Made by a program: the position numbers and the translations under genes
Source: a virus
IMG/VR virus record: IMGVR_UViG_3300039796_000001
Coordinates: 1 to 33,036 of that record
Strand: one strand, 5' to 3'
Length of the DNA: 33,036 nt
Notes under the pieces: generated by a model
Seen by the model: only the letters and a program-made list of their open reading frames with translations
Database searches by the model: none
What the model was told of the DNA's origin: nothing
In this document: positions 9,736-19,260 of the stretch, piece after piece
How the letters are laid out: each line of letters starts with the position of its first letter
How positions within the stretch are numbered: the stretch's first letter is position 1

Positions 9736-9737
9736 GA

Positions 9738-11861
9738 CTATTTCTTCCTATGTGCATAAGCCACTAAGCTATCAGTAAATGGTTGTGAGTAAACCACAGT
9801 CCCAGCTTGGTCAACTGCCATGATCAAACCATCAGGCGTATTGGTAATAGTTAACGGATTGCGATCTAAATTAAAAAATTCAGTCAGAGGGTTTTTGACG
9901 TGTTGCCAAACTTCTTTAGCTAAGATAGTCCCTGTTGATGCGGTTGGGAAAAGACCATGGCTTTCTTCTTCAACTATCGTTTTAAACGGTTTGATCGGGT
10001 TGATACGAAATCCTAATGCTTCGTATGCTTCCTCTTTCACATGCTGGGCTAAATGAGCAGCTTCACTATCGGTAATACCTAGGTCTTTGGTGTTGAAGAT
10101 ATAACCATCACCTTTTGAAATGCTGTAAGCTTTAGAGAAATTGTTGTTAAACATTTGCATGTAGTCATTAATCTTTGTTAAACCTAAATCGTTATGGATT
10201 AAGCCTTGATACTTAACATAGTTCATGGACATGTTTACAACACTTAAGGTACGTGCAGGATCACCCGATTGGCTTAAATAATTAAAGATATCGCTGTTGT
10301 CGGGGCTAGGATTATCTTTAATCGAATTCCAGCTACTGCTCCAAAAACCTGAGGAGGCATTTAATTGTGCAACAACCAAATTCTTTAAGGATTTGTCATT
10401 GGTTTCGGAATCTTTTGCATTAGCAATTCCTATTTTTGAAAAATCTTGACCCGTTTGATTAGCAGAAATCAATTGTCGTAAAAAAGCCGGATCGGTATTG
10501 CCCTGTAATAACCCCGCGGTATAGGCCACTTCCTGTTGCAAAGGGTGCTGCATGCTTGAAGCAACATAGACCTTATTACGCGTATCGTGATGCTCTAATA
10601 CTTGTAGTAATCCATCAGGATCAGCGCCTTGCATAAAAGAAGATTGCGCTTGCATCTTTAAATCATTAGGGATGGGCTGAATAAAGTGGTTATCGATATG
10701 CATCGCATGACCGAGTTGCACCGATCGTGAAATGTAATCGTTATAGGCTGTTCGTGGATCGATACTATTATAATTCTGCGCGTAATCTTTAAGAATGGCT
10801 TGTCCTTGCGGCGTTTGTTCCATAATCTGTGCATAATCACCCGAGGTAAAATTATTCACCAGATGCTGTAAGCCAGATCGTTCACCTTTCTCCGCTTGAG
10901 TCAGTAATCCATTTTTAGTATTTAATCCATCTAAACGCTGCTTAAGTAATTGCCAATTTTCACCGTTATTGAATAGACCTTGTGCTTTTTGTACACCTTG
11001 GCCAAATAACACCACTTCATTGAGATGATCGGGTGTCAATTTCATCCAGGCAAGTGGATTAATCGCATTCCCTTTCACTAAATCGGATTTAACACCCTGC
11101 ATCGTCAAATCATTGTCATAGTGATTTTGCAGATGTAAGGTGTCTTGAGAGATAGGCGTATTAGATTTATCGACGTTCTGTGCGAACGGTGAGGCTAATA
11201 CCGTCTGTAAATCCGCTGATCGTGCTTCAGGGTTTTGTTGCAATTGATGCAATGCCTGTAGGCTATCCATCGTGTGAGATAGCGTTTGAAACAATACACT
11301 ACCTTGTTTGGGTGTAAGGATTCGGCCTAATAACGCTTTTTCTACCGTTTGATGCGCGACATCTAACTTTTGCTGAAATAACTTCTCATCATTGACCGAG
11401 GAATAAAGGTCTTTTAAGACATTGGGCCATTCCGTATAAAACTGGCCGGTTAATTTCAGCTGGTTAGTTTGATAGTTCGTTAATTGCGCTTGTGCATTAA
11501 CTTGTTGACCACTGGATTGCAGTAAATAATCCAACTGACCTTTAGTTTTATTATTAACTGGCGTCGTGTTTTTAATATTATCGAGTTGTTGCTGCGTATC
11601 TTGAGCAATTTGGCTAGCTAATTGAGGTTGAGTTTTAAGTTTAAGCAACGCATCGGATTTAATTTGACTGGCACTGCTGGTAGCTTGTAATAAGAGTGCG
11701 CTACTTTTTTCTTGTTCCATTCCTTGAGCGGTTTTCATTAAGTCTTGTGAAACAGTGCCTAATGCTTGACCTATCGCATCAAAGCCTTTGGCAGCGCTGG
11801 CCACCGGCGTATCACGAATAATCGGAATAGCATCACGGTATTGTGCTAAGGGTTCAGCCAT
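9738..11861 (-). CDS. Internal virion protein (gp15 position).
   Basis: 707 aa and Q-rich. The call is by synteny only. Confidence 0.55.
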   Translation of the reverse strand: MAEPLAQYRDAIPIIRDTPVASAAKGFDAIGQALGTVSQDLMKTAQGMEQEKSSALLLQATSSASQIKSDALLKLKTQPQLASQIAQDTQQQLDNIKNTTPVNNKTKGQLDYLLQSSGQQVNAQAQLTNYQTNQLKLTGQFYTEWPNVLKDLYSSVNDEKLFQQKLDVAHQTVEKALLGRILTPKQGSVLFQTLSHTMDSLQALHQLQQNPEARSADLQTVLASPFAQNVDKSNTPISQDTLHLQNHYDNDLTMQGVKSDLVKGNAINPLAWMKLTPDHLNEVVLFGQGVQKAQGLFNNGENWQLLKQRLDGLNTKNGLLTQAEKGERSGLQHLVNNFTSGDYAQIMEQTPQGQAILKDYAQNYNSIDPRTAYNDYISRSVQLGHAMHIDNHFIQPIPNDLKMQAQSSFMQGADPDGLLQVLEHHDTRNKVYVASSMQHPLQQEVAYTAGLLQGNTDPAFLRQLISANQTGQDFSKIGIANAKDSETNDKSLKNLVVAQLNASSGFWSSSWNSIKDNPSPDNSDIFNYLSQSGDPARTLSVVNMSMNYVKYQGLIHNDLGLTKINDYMQMFNNNFSKAYSISKGDGYIFNTKDLGITDSEAAHLAQHVKEEAYEALGFRINPIKPFKTIVEEESHGLFPTASTGTILAKEVWQHVKNPLTEFFNLDRNPLTITNTPDGLIMAVDQAGTVVYSQPFTDSLVAYAHRKK

Positions 11862-12294
11862 TGGTTTTAGGCCTCATCCCGTTCAGTTGTCCAAAGGTCA
11901 TTAAGGTATTAGCCCCATCACCAAATAACTGGCCATATAAACTATATTTTACATTCTGTTTTTCGATATCTACATTGGCATCTGAAATACTCTTTTGTGT
12001 ATCGAGATTAGCTTGTTGTCTGGCGGCTATATTTTCTGTATTACGTTGAATCGCATTAAAGCTCGCCGATGAAAAAGCGACACCACGCGTTGTCATCTGG
12101 GCGGTTTGATGTTGTATGACCTGATCGAGACTATCTAAATTACTTAAGGTTTTTTGTTGATACTGCAATTCATTTTGTTTAGCTTGTAAATCTAATTGAT
12201 TTTCTTGTGCGTTAGCGGCTTGTGCCTCCATCACACCTTTCCCTACTTCCATGGCGGCAGCAGTCGCTAAAATCAGTAACCCGGCTTGTGGCAT
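11854..12294 (-). CDS. Small internal virion protein (gp13/gp14 position).
   Basis: 146 aa with an N-terminal hydrophobic helix (LLILATAAAMEVG) followed by a Q-rich coiled coil. It lies directly downstream of tail tubular B. Confidence 0.55.
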   Translation of the reverse strand: MPQAGLLILATAAAMEVGKGVMEAQAANAQENQLDLQAKQNELQYQQKTLSNLDSLDQVIQHQTAQMTTRGVAFSSASFNAIQRNTENIAARQQANLDTQKSISDANVDIEKQNVKYSLYGQLFGDGANTLMTFGQLNGMRPKTNG

Positions 12295-12301
12295 AAGTCT
12301 C

Positions 12302-14275
12302 CTAAATCATGGTCGCCGTCACTTGATAAGCGATGGCGGTAATGTGCAAATCAAAGGGTGCATTCTGTTTGATCACAAAGGTTTTATCGCGATTCCAACC
12401 TAAAATAGGTACTGTAATAGCGGTTCCTGAACGTGTGGTTAAATTTTTGCCTTGTTGAATATCGGTAAATACTTGGTAATTGACTAATTGATCATTGATG
12501 TAAAAATTTAATGATTGGAAATATTCGACATAAATCTTGGTGGTTTGCTTCATCAAATCAGCATGCGATGACCCAGCATAAAAATACATCGGTCGGATTT
12601 CGACAGGATAAAGTAGCCCCACAAAACAAGTGCCACTATTTTTTTCAGGGTTGTTTACTTGGATTTTCCCTTCTTTAACCAGATAAACGCCGTAATCCTG
12701 GTTATCAAAAATTACTTGAACACTAATGCCTTCAAAACGATTGAGGCCTTCAATCAGACCACTCTCCGACAATTGTTTAATCTCATAGCCATCTATTTTT
12801 ACGTTTTCATCCATCTTTTCTAAGACGGTTTGTTGGCTATTTTCATATATTTTTAGCAAATAGATCGTATTGTTTATAGCTACAATATCTTGTATCTGCA
12901 CCTGTTCTTGTACTGAGATGGGTGTTAAAGCGGCAAGATTAATTTCATGGGCAAATTGAAAAACCGTAATACTATGATCTGGATTTAAAAAATAAATAAA
13001 ATTGTCTTGGGAAGTATCTGTACCACGTAGTAAGACGGCTTTGGTTGGGTTTTTAACTAAATGACTAGAAGCCTGTGAAATATTACTGGCTAGATAACTC
13101 TGGCCAATCCCTTGAAATCGAAAGTTAATGATTGCATTGCCAGTTTTGTTTAGATAATAACTGTCGTTCAAATAACTTAAAGGTTTTAGCCTCTCAGAAA
13201 CACCATACGCGGATTGTTGACGTATAGAGAACGTACTTGGAGTTAAACCCACATCCTGTTCTTGTGGGGCTACGAACTCATAATTAGCGGTATAAACTTC
13301 TAATTGTTTACCACTATTCATCCACACAATGCCGCCGGAATCACTTTGACCTAAGGTATAAATAATGGCATCGGTATCTTGGCCAGTACCTACATCAAAG
13401 TTAACCGGCGCATTAATTCTGGAACCAAATAGTGTATTAGATAAGGTGGCTGTATTAGCAAACCATAAACGGTTCTGGTAATACAGTACTCGCGATGGAT
13501 AGCCAAGTGCTGCAGAAAAAGCCGGTTTGCGTATGGAAAAGCGAGTCCCGGTGGTATCACCTGTCTTAAACGGCACTATCTCATTGGCAGTAAAAATCGT
13601 GTTGCCACCCGTATAATTAACATCCGTGATAATGCCATAACCAATGGGACTGAACTCACTGGTACCTGCACCAATTAATTCACCGCCCGTCCATGTGCCA
13701 TCAAATTGCACGCCAAATATCGTTGCGGTTACTTTTTGATTAGCACTGGTAATAGAAATCTTTGCTTTAGAGTAATCAACATCGCCGAAATCATAAGCCG
13801 GTAAGGGATATAGATTTAATACCTCGTAAATAAAGACAGTATTAGTGTAATCTTTAATCGTAATACGTGCCGGTGGGTATTTACCGTGTACTAAAATTAA
13901 TGAATCATTATCGAGGGTATAATCAATATCATTTAAATCGGCAGAAAGATAAGGTGTCGTTAGCTTTTGGTAATAACTTAAACTTTCATCATTGTTTATT
14001 TTATAAACATCAAATTGTTTATCCAAGCTGAGTAGAATATAAAAGTGATTATTCTTATCTTGAAAGCCATATAGCTTTGAATTGGGGTCGTGGTTATTCG
14101 TTTGAAGTAAAAATTTTGTTCCTTTTCTCTTTTTGGCTAAACCCGTTGTGCCCACTTCAACATTTAAAAGAGACTGAGCAGCCGTTAAATAATCTTTAAA
14201 GTCAGTACGGTGATAATGTACCGCATCAATTTCACCACTACTGAACATCGCTTGACGAATCAGTTCAGTTGCCAT
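12302..14275 (-). CDS. Tail tubular protein B (gp12-like).
   Basis: 657 aa, immediately after the gp11-like gene in T7-type synteny. Confidence 0.75.
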   Translation of the reverse strand: MATELIRQAMFSSGEIDAVHYHRTDFKDYLTAAQSLLNVEVGTTGLAKKRKGTKFLLQTNNHDPNSKLYGFQDKNNHFYILLSLDKQFDVYKINNDESLSYYQKLTTPYLSADLNDIDYTLDNDSLILVHGKYPPARITIKDYTNTVFIYEVLNLYPLPAYDFGDVDYSKAKISITSANQKVTATIFGVQFDGTWTGGELIGAGTSEFSPIGYGIITDVNYTGGNTIFTANEIVPFKTGDTTGTRFSIRKPAFSAALGYPSRVLYYQNRLWFANTATLSNTLFGSRINAPVNFDVGTGQDTDAIIYTLGQSDSGGIVWMNSGKQLEVYTANYEFVAPQEQDVGLTPSTFSIRQQSAYGVSERLKPLSYLNDSYYLNKTGNAIINFRFQGIGQSYLASNISQASSHLVKNPTKAVLLRGTDTSQDNFIYFLNPDHSITVFQFAHEINLAALTPISVQEQVQIQDIVAINNTIYLLKIYENSQQTVLEKMDENVKIDGYEIKQLSESGLIEGLNRFEGISVQVIFDNQDYGVYLVKEGKIQVNNPEKNSGTCFVGLLYPVEIRPMYFYAGSSHADLMKQTTKIYVEYFQSLNFYINDQLVNYQVFTDIQQGKNLTTRSGTAITVPILGWNRDKTFVIKQNAPFDLHITAIAYQVTATMI

Positions 14276-14276
14276 G

Positions 14277-14852
14277 TTATACCCACATCACACGATCAAA
14301 GTCGTTATACGGTGCAGTTTTAATATCCCGTTCCATGTTATTGAGTAATAGCGCATTCGTTTTTTCTTGTAAGAATTTGGTATTTAATAAATTAGAGAGT
14401 TGAACATTTTGTGTCAGTGGAATTGCCGCATCAGCGGCTGCATATAATGCCAAAGTCCGTGCAAAGATCGGTGGCATGATGCTGTAATCCATATCATTGA
14501 CCACATAATAATAGGTAAATGGTTTAGTATTGGTCAGGATTAATTCATCAATGATGGCAAAATCTAAAACAAAACGGTTGTTACCCAATTGAACAAAGCG
14601 TCCGTAATCAAAGGGTAATTGATAGCTATAACGATAATCGGGTGAAAAGTTTTGCGTAATCGGGGTATTATCTTCACGGTATTTAATAGCAAAACGCCAA
14701 GTTTCGCTGAGTAATAAGATAGGTAATAAGCTATCTAACTTCTCCGACATAAACTTGGCTGATTCACTTTCAGTTTCATTCGCAACAGGCGAAAACCCTA
14801 AAGCTAGCAGTGCTTGATTAATCACGGTTAGCTTTGAAAAAGGTAAGGCCAT
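14277..14852 (-). CDS. Tail tubular protein A (gp11-like).
   Basis: 191 aa (T7 gp11 is ~196 aa). The N-terminus INQALLALG and the position after the capsid gene fit gp11. Confidence 0.75.
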   Translation of the reverse strand: MALPFSKLTVINQALLALGFSPVANETESESAKFMSEKLDSLLPILLLSETWRFAIKYREDNTPITQNFSPDYRYSYQLPFDYGRFVQLGNNRFVLDFAIIDELILTNTKPFTYYYVVNDMDYSIMPPIFARTLALYAAADAAIPLTQNVQLSNLLNTKFLQEKTNALLLNNMERDIKTAPYNDFDRVMWV

Positions 14853-14869
14853 ATTTACTTTATTTTTCC

Positions 14870-15151
14870 TTAAGGCGAAGGATTTAAACTCGCTTTGGGT
14901 GGTTTTGTTTTATCCGTTTCCTTATTTATAACGGCATACATACCCATACCGTCTTTTTCTGAGGAAACGAAGACGAGATCATTAACTTTGACGATACCCT
15001 CTTCATAGAAATCATTCATATAGCTATCTTTTAATAAAGTAGCGTTATCGTCTTCTGTGGAAGCAGAAAACACATTGGGTGCGGTACCTGGGAAGCCGCC
15101 TACTAAAGGCGTAAAGGTTTTAAAATTTGATGTTTTAACAGGGCTTGCCAT
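14870..15151 (-). CDS. Small virion-module protein of 93 aa. It may also be the C-terminal extension of a frameshifted capsid.
   Basis: AGGAG lies 5 nt upstream of the ATG at 15151 (MASPVKTSNF...). The same frame stays open upstream to 15259, across the capsid 3' end. Confidence 0.6.
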   Translation of the reverse strand: MASPVKTSNFKTFTPLVGGFPGTAPNVFSASTEDDNATLLKDSYMNDFYEEGIVKVNDLVFVSSEKDGMGMYAVINKETDKTKPPKASLNPSP

Positions 15152-15159
15152 GATGACTC

Positions 15160-16050
15160 CTAAGGATTTGGGGCAAATTTTTGATTCGCGGTGATTAAGG
15201 CAATCCCGCGGGGTTGAATGATCTTGGCACCGCTGGTTAAACAGGTAAGTAATTCCCAACGATCTTGATGCGGTAACCAGGTAATACTCGTCATAATATC
15301 CCGGTTATAACCTTGGATAATGGCATCACGATGCACGACAGGTACTGTATATTTAAATAACCCGGTAGCATCCGCTACACGTGGAATACTATTAACCCCA
15401 TTTTCACCTAAGAATCGAAAATCAATGTCTAAATAGACTTTAACTTTGTTATTCGTTAAAGGTTTAACGTCGTTATAGAAGAAGTTGGTTACTTGCTTGT
15501 CGCCATACAAAGAGGGCTTTAGTAAAGCAGGCACCCATGTACTTACCTCCAGATCATGTACATCCATCCCTTGGCTTTCTAAATAGGAAATCGCTAAGGC
15601 ATATTTCTCTTCATTAATACCCGTGTTGACACCGACATTTAATGGCACTGTATAAATGTCGCCATTGATAAACGCAGGGTCACTAAAGATAGCATTAATT
15701 TTAATGTAATCGGTTAAACGCGCAGCCGCTAAACCGTGTAACCGGGCATGGTCACGAATCTTATCAAAGTTATACAAAGTCTTTTCACCACCGCCAATCA
15801 CCGTCTTAAGATGGTAATCATTGGTAGGTACTTGCACATTGGTTTCATTAACCGGTGTGACAAAAATATCTGTCGGTGCAAAATTGGTTTGATTCATTTC
15901 CACCAGATCAGAAACAGGCACATTCAGTGCGGTACCATGTAATCCATGGCGTTCTTCAATGGTATCTTGGAGTTTTAAACGGTTTTGATATTGCAGCGTG
16001 ACTTCGGTATCAAATAATTGACACGCGGCTTCTAAATTTACTTCTGGCAT
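15160..16050 (-). CDS. Major capsid protein.
   Basis: ~296 aa between the scaffold and tail tubular A. The ATG at 16050 is preceded by AGG. The track ORF starts two codons earlier, at the TTG at 16056. Confidence 0.8.
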   Translation of the reverse strand: MPEVNLEAACQLFDTEVTLQYQNRLKLQDTIEERHGLHGTALNVPVSDLVEMNQTNFAPTDIFVTPVNETNVQVPTNDYHLKTVIGGGEKTLYNFDKIRDHARLHGLAAARLTDYIKINAIFSDPAFINGDIYTVPLNVGVNTGINEEKYALAISYLESQGMDVHDLEVSTWVPALLKPSLYGDKQVTNFFYNDVKPLTNNKVKVYLDIDFRFLGENGVNSIPRVADATGLFKYTVPVVHRDAIIQGYNRDIMTSITWLPHQDRWELLTCLTSGAKIIQPRGIALITANQKFAPNP

Positions 16051-16230
16051 ACGCAACCTAATAAATAAAAATTAATTAATTTCCATCTATCAGGTTGCCT
16101 AAAATAAAATTAGGGCTGATATGGCACACGATCGACTAAAAAGGTTACGAAAAGGCTTTTTAGTTGATAATTTCAGTTTAGTGCTTGTATTTAAAAGCGC
16201 AACTACTTTATAAGGTATAAAAAGTAGTTT

Positions 16231-16896
16231 TTACTTGTTTTTCCTGGCTTCAGCCACTTCATTCGCAAGATTAATGTATCGTTTCTTGTTTTTCTCAGTA
16301 GGATTTTTTTGGTATTCGTGCGCTATATTGAGCAACTCTGTTCTACCTTCATAAGGATCGGAAAGATTGGCACGTTGATTACTCAACCCAGGTACTTGAC
16401 TGTTTAATACTTGATCACGGTGTTTCATGGCATCTGACATGGCATTCTCATCTCCTAAAATCGTATTTAAAACGGTGTTATGCAAAGCAGCGGGATATAT
16501 TTTTGTTACATAATCCTCAACCACTTTCAATTGACTACCGAGCTGCTTTTTACGTTCTTCTAGTTGTGTTTGGTATTGCTGTTGTTGTTCCTGCATAGAG
16601 ACTAGCGTTTTATTAAACTGTTCCTGATTTAATCCAGCAGATTTAGCTAAGGACTGTAGATCATTCAGTACAGGGTCAGGCAATGAAACCTCGGGCAAAC
16701 TATAGTTTTGGGGAACTTCATAACTTTTAAGCTTTTCTTGCAAGGCTTTATTTTCATTAAAGACCTTAGCACTGTTCTTATAGGCCTTTTCTAGTTCATC
16801 GACACTGGTGTATTTACCTGCATAGAGTTTAGGTGGTTCAGAGGATATAATTTCTTCATTGACTGGATTTTCTACTTCATTATTTGTTATTTCCAT
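16231..16896 (-). CDS. Scaffolding protein.
   Basis: 221 aa, acidic and Q-rich with predicted coiled coil. The motif KYTSVDELEKAYKNS is typical of podovirus scaffolds, and the gene sits between portal and capsid. Confidence 0.7.
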   Translation of the reverse strand: MEITNNEVENPVNEEIISSEPPKLYAGKYTSVDELEKAYKNSAKVFNENKALQEKLKSYEVPQNYSLPEVSLPDPVLNDLQSLAKSAGLNQEQFNKTLVSMQEQQQQYQTQLEERKKQLGSQLKVVEDYVTKIYPAALHNTVLNTILGDENAMSDAMKHRDQVLNSQVPGLSNQRANLSDPYEGRTELLNIAHEYQKNPTEKNKKRYINLANEVAEARKNK

Positions 16897-17239
16897 TATT
16901 TTCCTCCAGTAATTGATGAATAGTAGCTATTCTGTTTTGAATGTATTCCCATGCATAATTTTCATCTGATGAAGAATGAAAAATATGTTCTAATATAGTT
17001 TCTAATATTTTTCCTGTAAAAAAATGTCTACCATCTTCATCCAATACAAATAGATTAAAAATTTTATAATCTTCCTTGTTAATAATTTTATTTTCTAATA
17101 ATTTAGATAATCCCTTACGTATTGGCTCTTTCCTATCACTTAAATAGACGCTAAAGGCTTCAGCTTTAAAAAATTCCTTTACTATAAAATTTTTAAAGTT
17201 AATTACAAGTTCACTGTAATGTTTAGGAGGCGTCATCAT
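16880..17239 (-). CDS. Hypothetical protein, paralog of 17223-17489.
   Basis: The motifs LSKLLENKIINKEDYKIFNLF and YAWEYIQNRIATIHQLLEE match those of the neighbouring ORF. Confidence 0.55.
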   Translation of the reverse strand: MMTPPKHYSELVINFKNFIVKEFFKAEAFSVYLSDRKEPIRKGLSKLLENKIINKEDYKIFNLFVLDEDGRHFFTGKILETILEHIFHSSSDENYAWEYIQNRIATIHQLLEENNGNNK

Positions 17240-17489
17240 AGGCTATATCCTCTAGGAGTTGATAAATATAAGTCATGGTATTTTGGATATCACGCCACAC
17301 TGAACGACGTCCATCGCTCCAAGCAAATCCTGGCTCAGTTGAAGTTGGTGATTCTTCCATCGCAATGTGTAGTAATTGATTTTTAAGAAATTCAGCAGCT
17401 TGTGTCTGAGTAAACAGCAAAAATAAATTGTACTGATGTTTATCTATTTTCTTTTTATCTAATAACTGCTTGAGTTTAGATATCATCAA
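17223..17489 (-). CDS. Hypothetical protein, paralog of 16880-17239.
   Basis: The motifs LKQLLDKKKIDKHQYNLFLLF and FAWSDGRRSVWRDIQNTMTYIYQLLED match those of the neighbouring ORF. Confidence 0.55.
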   Translation of the reverse strand: MMISKLKQLLDKKKIDKHQYNLFLLFTQTQAAEFLKNQLLHIAMEESPTSTEPGFAWSDGRRSVWRDIQNTMTYIYQLLEDIAYDDAS

Positions 17490-19063
17490 AATTGCACTTG
17501 TGAAGGACTAGGAATCGAAATCGGACTCGCACTCGTGGCTGGTGTGGGAAGTTGTGGCGTAGGCGTTTGTGATTGTTGAATCTGCTGTGCCATATGTTGT
17601 AAGAAGCTTGCAAATTCTTCTTTTGATTTCATGAGCTTAGAAGGTAGATTGAGTTTATCAGCTAAGAATGGTAATACTTCTTCCATCTTGGTAGCCGTTA
17701 ACACAGCCCCTTCCCCACCAAATTGCTGAAGAATCTGCGCCATCATCGTAAAGTGGCTTAAGTCATCTTGTTTTTGCAGATCGTATAAGGGACTTTGAAA
17801 ATCAAAACGCAATAAATGCGGATTAATGTCACTAACACTTCTATCTTGAGACAGTAATCGTCGTTTGGCTAGAATCTTAGCGCTGATGGTAAAAATCTGC
17901 TTTGGTAGTTCATTAATCAATCTTGAAATATCAGTAGCGCTGGTTCGTTGTGCCCTATTCTCTCGAACAGATACTTCCGTTGCTGATTTAACAGGTGTAT
18001 TGACTTCACCTATTGGATCGACTTGAAAGCCATCCCGAATAATTTGTCTTAAATCCCTTATATGTTCGAGCACTTCAGGGTATTCAGGCAGTTGTAGTGC
18101 TTCTAAGGGGTTACGACCTTGTGGGTTACGTGCAATTAATGCACCCGCCCATTGTCTGACCATATGCGGATTAAAGTACTTGTCCGCGTCATAAAATAAG
18201 GGCGGATTAGCCTTATACGCTAAGTTTTTACGGCTATATTCGATGATACGATTGAGATCACGTATGGTAGGTAATAAATCAATCCCTATACCTCGTCCTT
18301 CACATTCCCCTGGTCTGACACGATCGCGGTAAATAATAATTTGATTGTACTCACGTTCAGTTTCCCAAAGTGGGGTTAAGGGATCTTCTTCTAATACCGC
18401 ATAGAGATAAAATTGATTCTCTTTTAACTTAATCTGACCATAGATAACCACAAACAATTCATTGGGTTGCTCGAGTAATCGGCGTTTGTTTTTATATTTT
18501 GAGAAGTCTTCCGCTATTTTTCTACCACTCATCTTGCATTGATACCAACACGTATTTAAGACATCATCCGTGCTGTACTCTATGGTCAAAGCGATCGCTG
18601 GAATAGAGCGAAAATAAAGCGGTGTCACATCATCAATCGACTCTACCCAAAGTGCTGCTGTACCGCCTACTAAATCTAAATTGGATGATGCCACCATGCG
18701 GGCTAGATTCGATTGGTTTAAATAGAAAAATAAACGATCATTTATTTCATCAGCAACGGGTTGTAATTCGGAAATGTTATCTTTCTTAGTAAAATGCGGG
18801 TCGAGGCTTAATTTGCCCCAGGTACGATCTTGCGGAAGTAACAGGCCATGCAAATCATTAGCACGTTGATAGGCGCATAGAAGAGCCGTATTGTCCCACA
18901 TCATTAAGCCTGTGGGTTTACCTTCATCGCTATAATTGAATTTAATGTTAAACGCATCCCGATCAGGAATAACGTAGGTATATAAATCCTTATATAAGGT
19001 TAACCATCTATCCTTATAGCGTTTGCTTTCTTCATAACGTGCATACAGTTTAGCAAAGTTCAT
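17486..19063 (-). CDS. Portal protein (gp8-like).
   Basis: 525 aa (T7 gp8 is ~536 aa). It lies upstream of scaffold and capsid and has a P/T/S-rich C-terminal tail. Confidence 0.8.
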   Translation of the reverse strand: MNFAKLYARYEESKRYKDRWLTLYKDLYTYVIPDRDAFNIKFNYSDEGKPTGLMMWDNTALLCAYQRANDLHGLLLPQDRTWGKLSLDPHFTKKDNISELQPVADEINDRLFFYLNQSNLARMVASSNLDLVGGTAALWVESIDDVTPLYFRSIPAIALTIEYSTDDVLNTCWYQCKMSGRKIAEDFSKYKNKRRLLEQPNELFVVIYGQIKLKENQFYLYAVLEEDPLTPLWETEREYNQIIIYRDRVRPGECEGRGIGIDLLPTIRDLNRIIEYSRKNLAYKANPPLFYDADKYFNPHMVRQWAGALIARNPQGRNPLEALQLPEYPEVLEHIRDLRQIIRDGFQVDPIGEVNTPVKSATEVSVRENRAQRTSATDISRLINELPKQIFTISAKILAKRRLLSQDRSVSDINPHLLRFDFQSPLYDLQKQDDLSHFTMMAQILQQFGGEGAVLTATKMEEVLPFLADKLNLPSKLMKSKEEFASFLQHMAQQIQQSQTPTPQLPTPATSASPISIPSPSQVQF

Positions 19064-19260
19064 TGGATAATCTGCGCAGGTGGATTGGGATTGTCAGGAT
19101 TACTAAACTGTTGTGCATCTTGGCCTTTAACAATCGCCATTCGGGCGTTGGTAAGTGCTTTCACCTTTTCTTGTATTGTTTGCTTATCGAGTTGAATTTG
19201 TTCATTCATTAATCGATTAGCTTCATCATCTCCGCCGCCACCACTCATGCACGCCTCCAA
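19060..19260 (-). CDS. Hypothetical small protein preceding the portal gene.
   Basis: 66 aa. Its 4-nt overlap with the portal start suggests translational coupling. Confidence 0.45.
   Translation of the reverse strand: MEACMSGGGGDDEANRLMNEQIQLDKQTIQEKVKALTNARMAIVKGQDAQQFSNPDNPNPPAQIIQ

Noticed and set aside
5969-11861. The large ORFs of 798 aa and 707 aa as the missing phage RNA or DNA polymerase.
   Set aside because: No polymerase motifs were seen, such as the T7 RNAP palm/fingers signatures or DNAP DxxSLYPS. Their position between tail tubular B and the tail fibre matches internal core proteins.
14870-15259. The 129-aa track ORF as a gene starting at 15259.
   Set aside because: Its first 36 codons lie inside the capsid gene in another frame, with no RBS. 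The internal ATG at 15151 has a strong AGGAG. The open overlap is instead discussed as a possible frameshift window.
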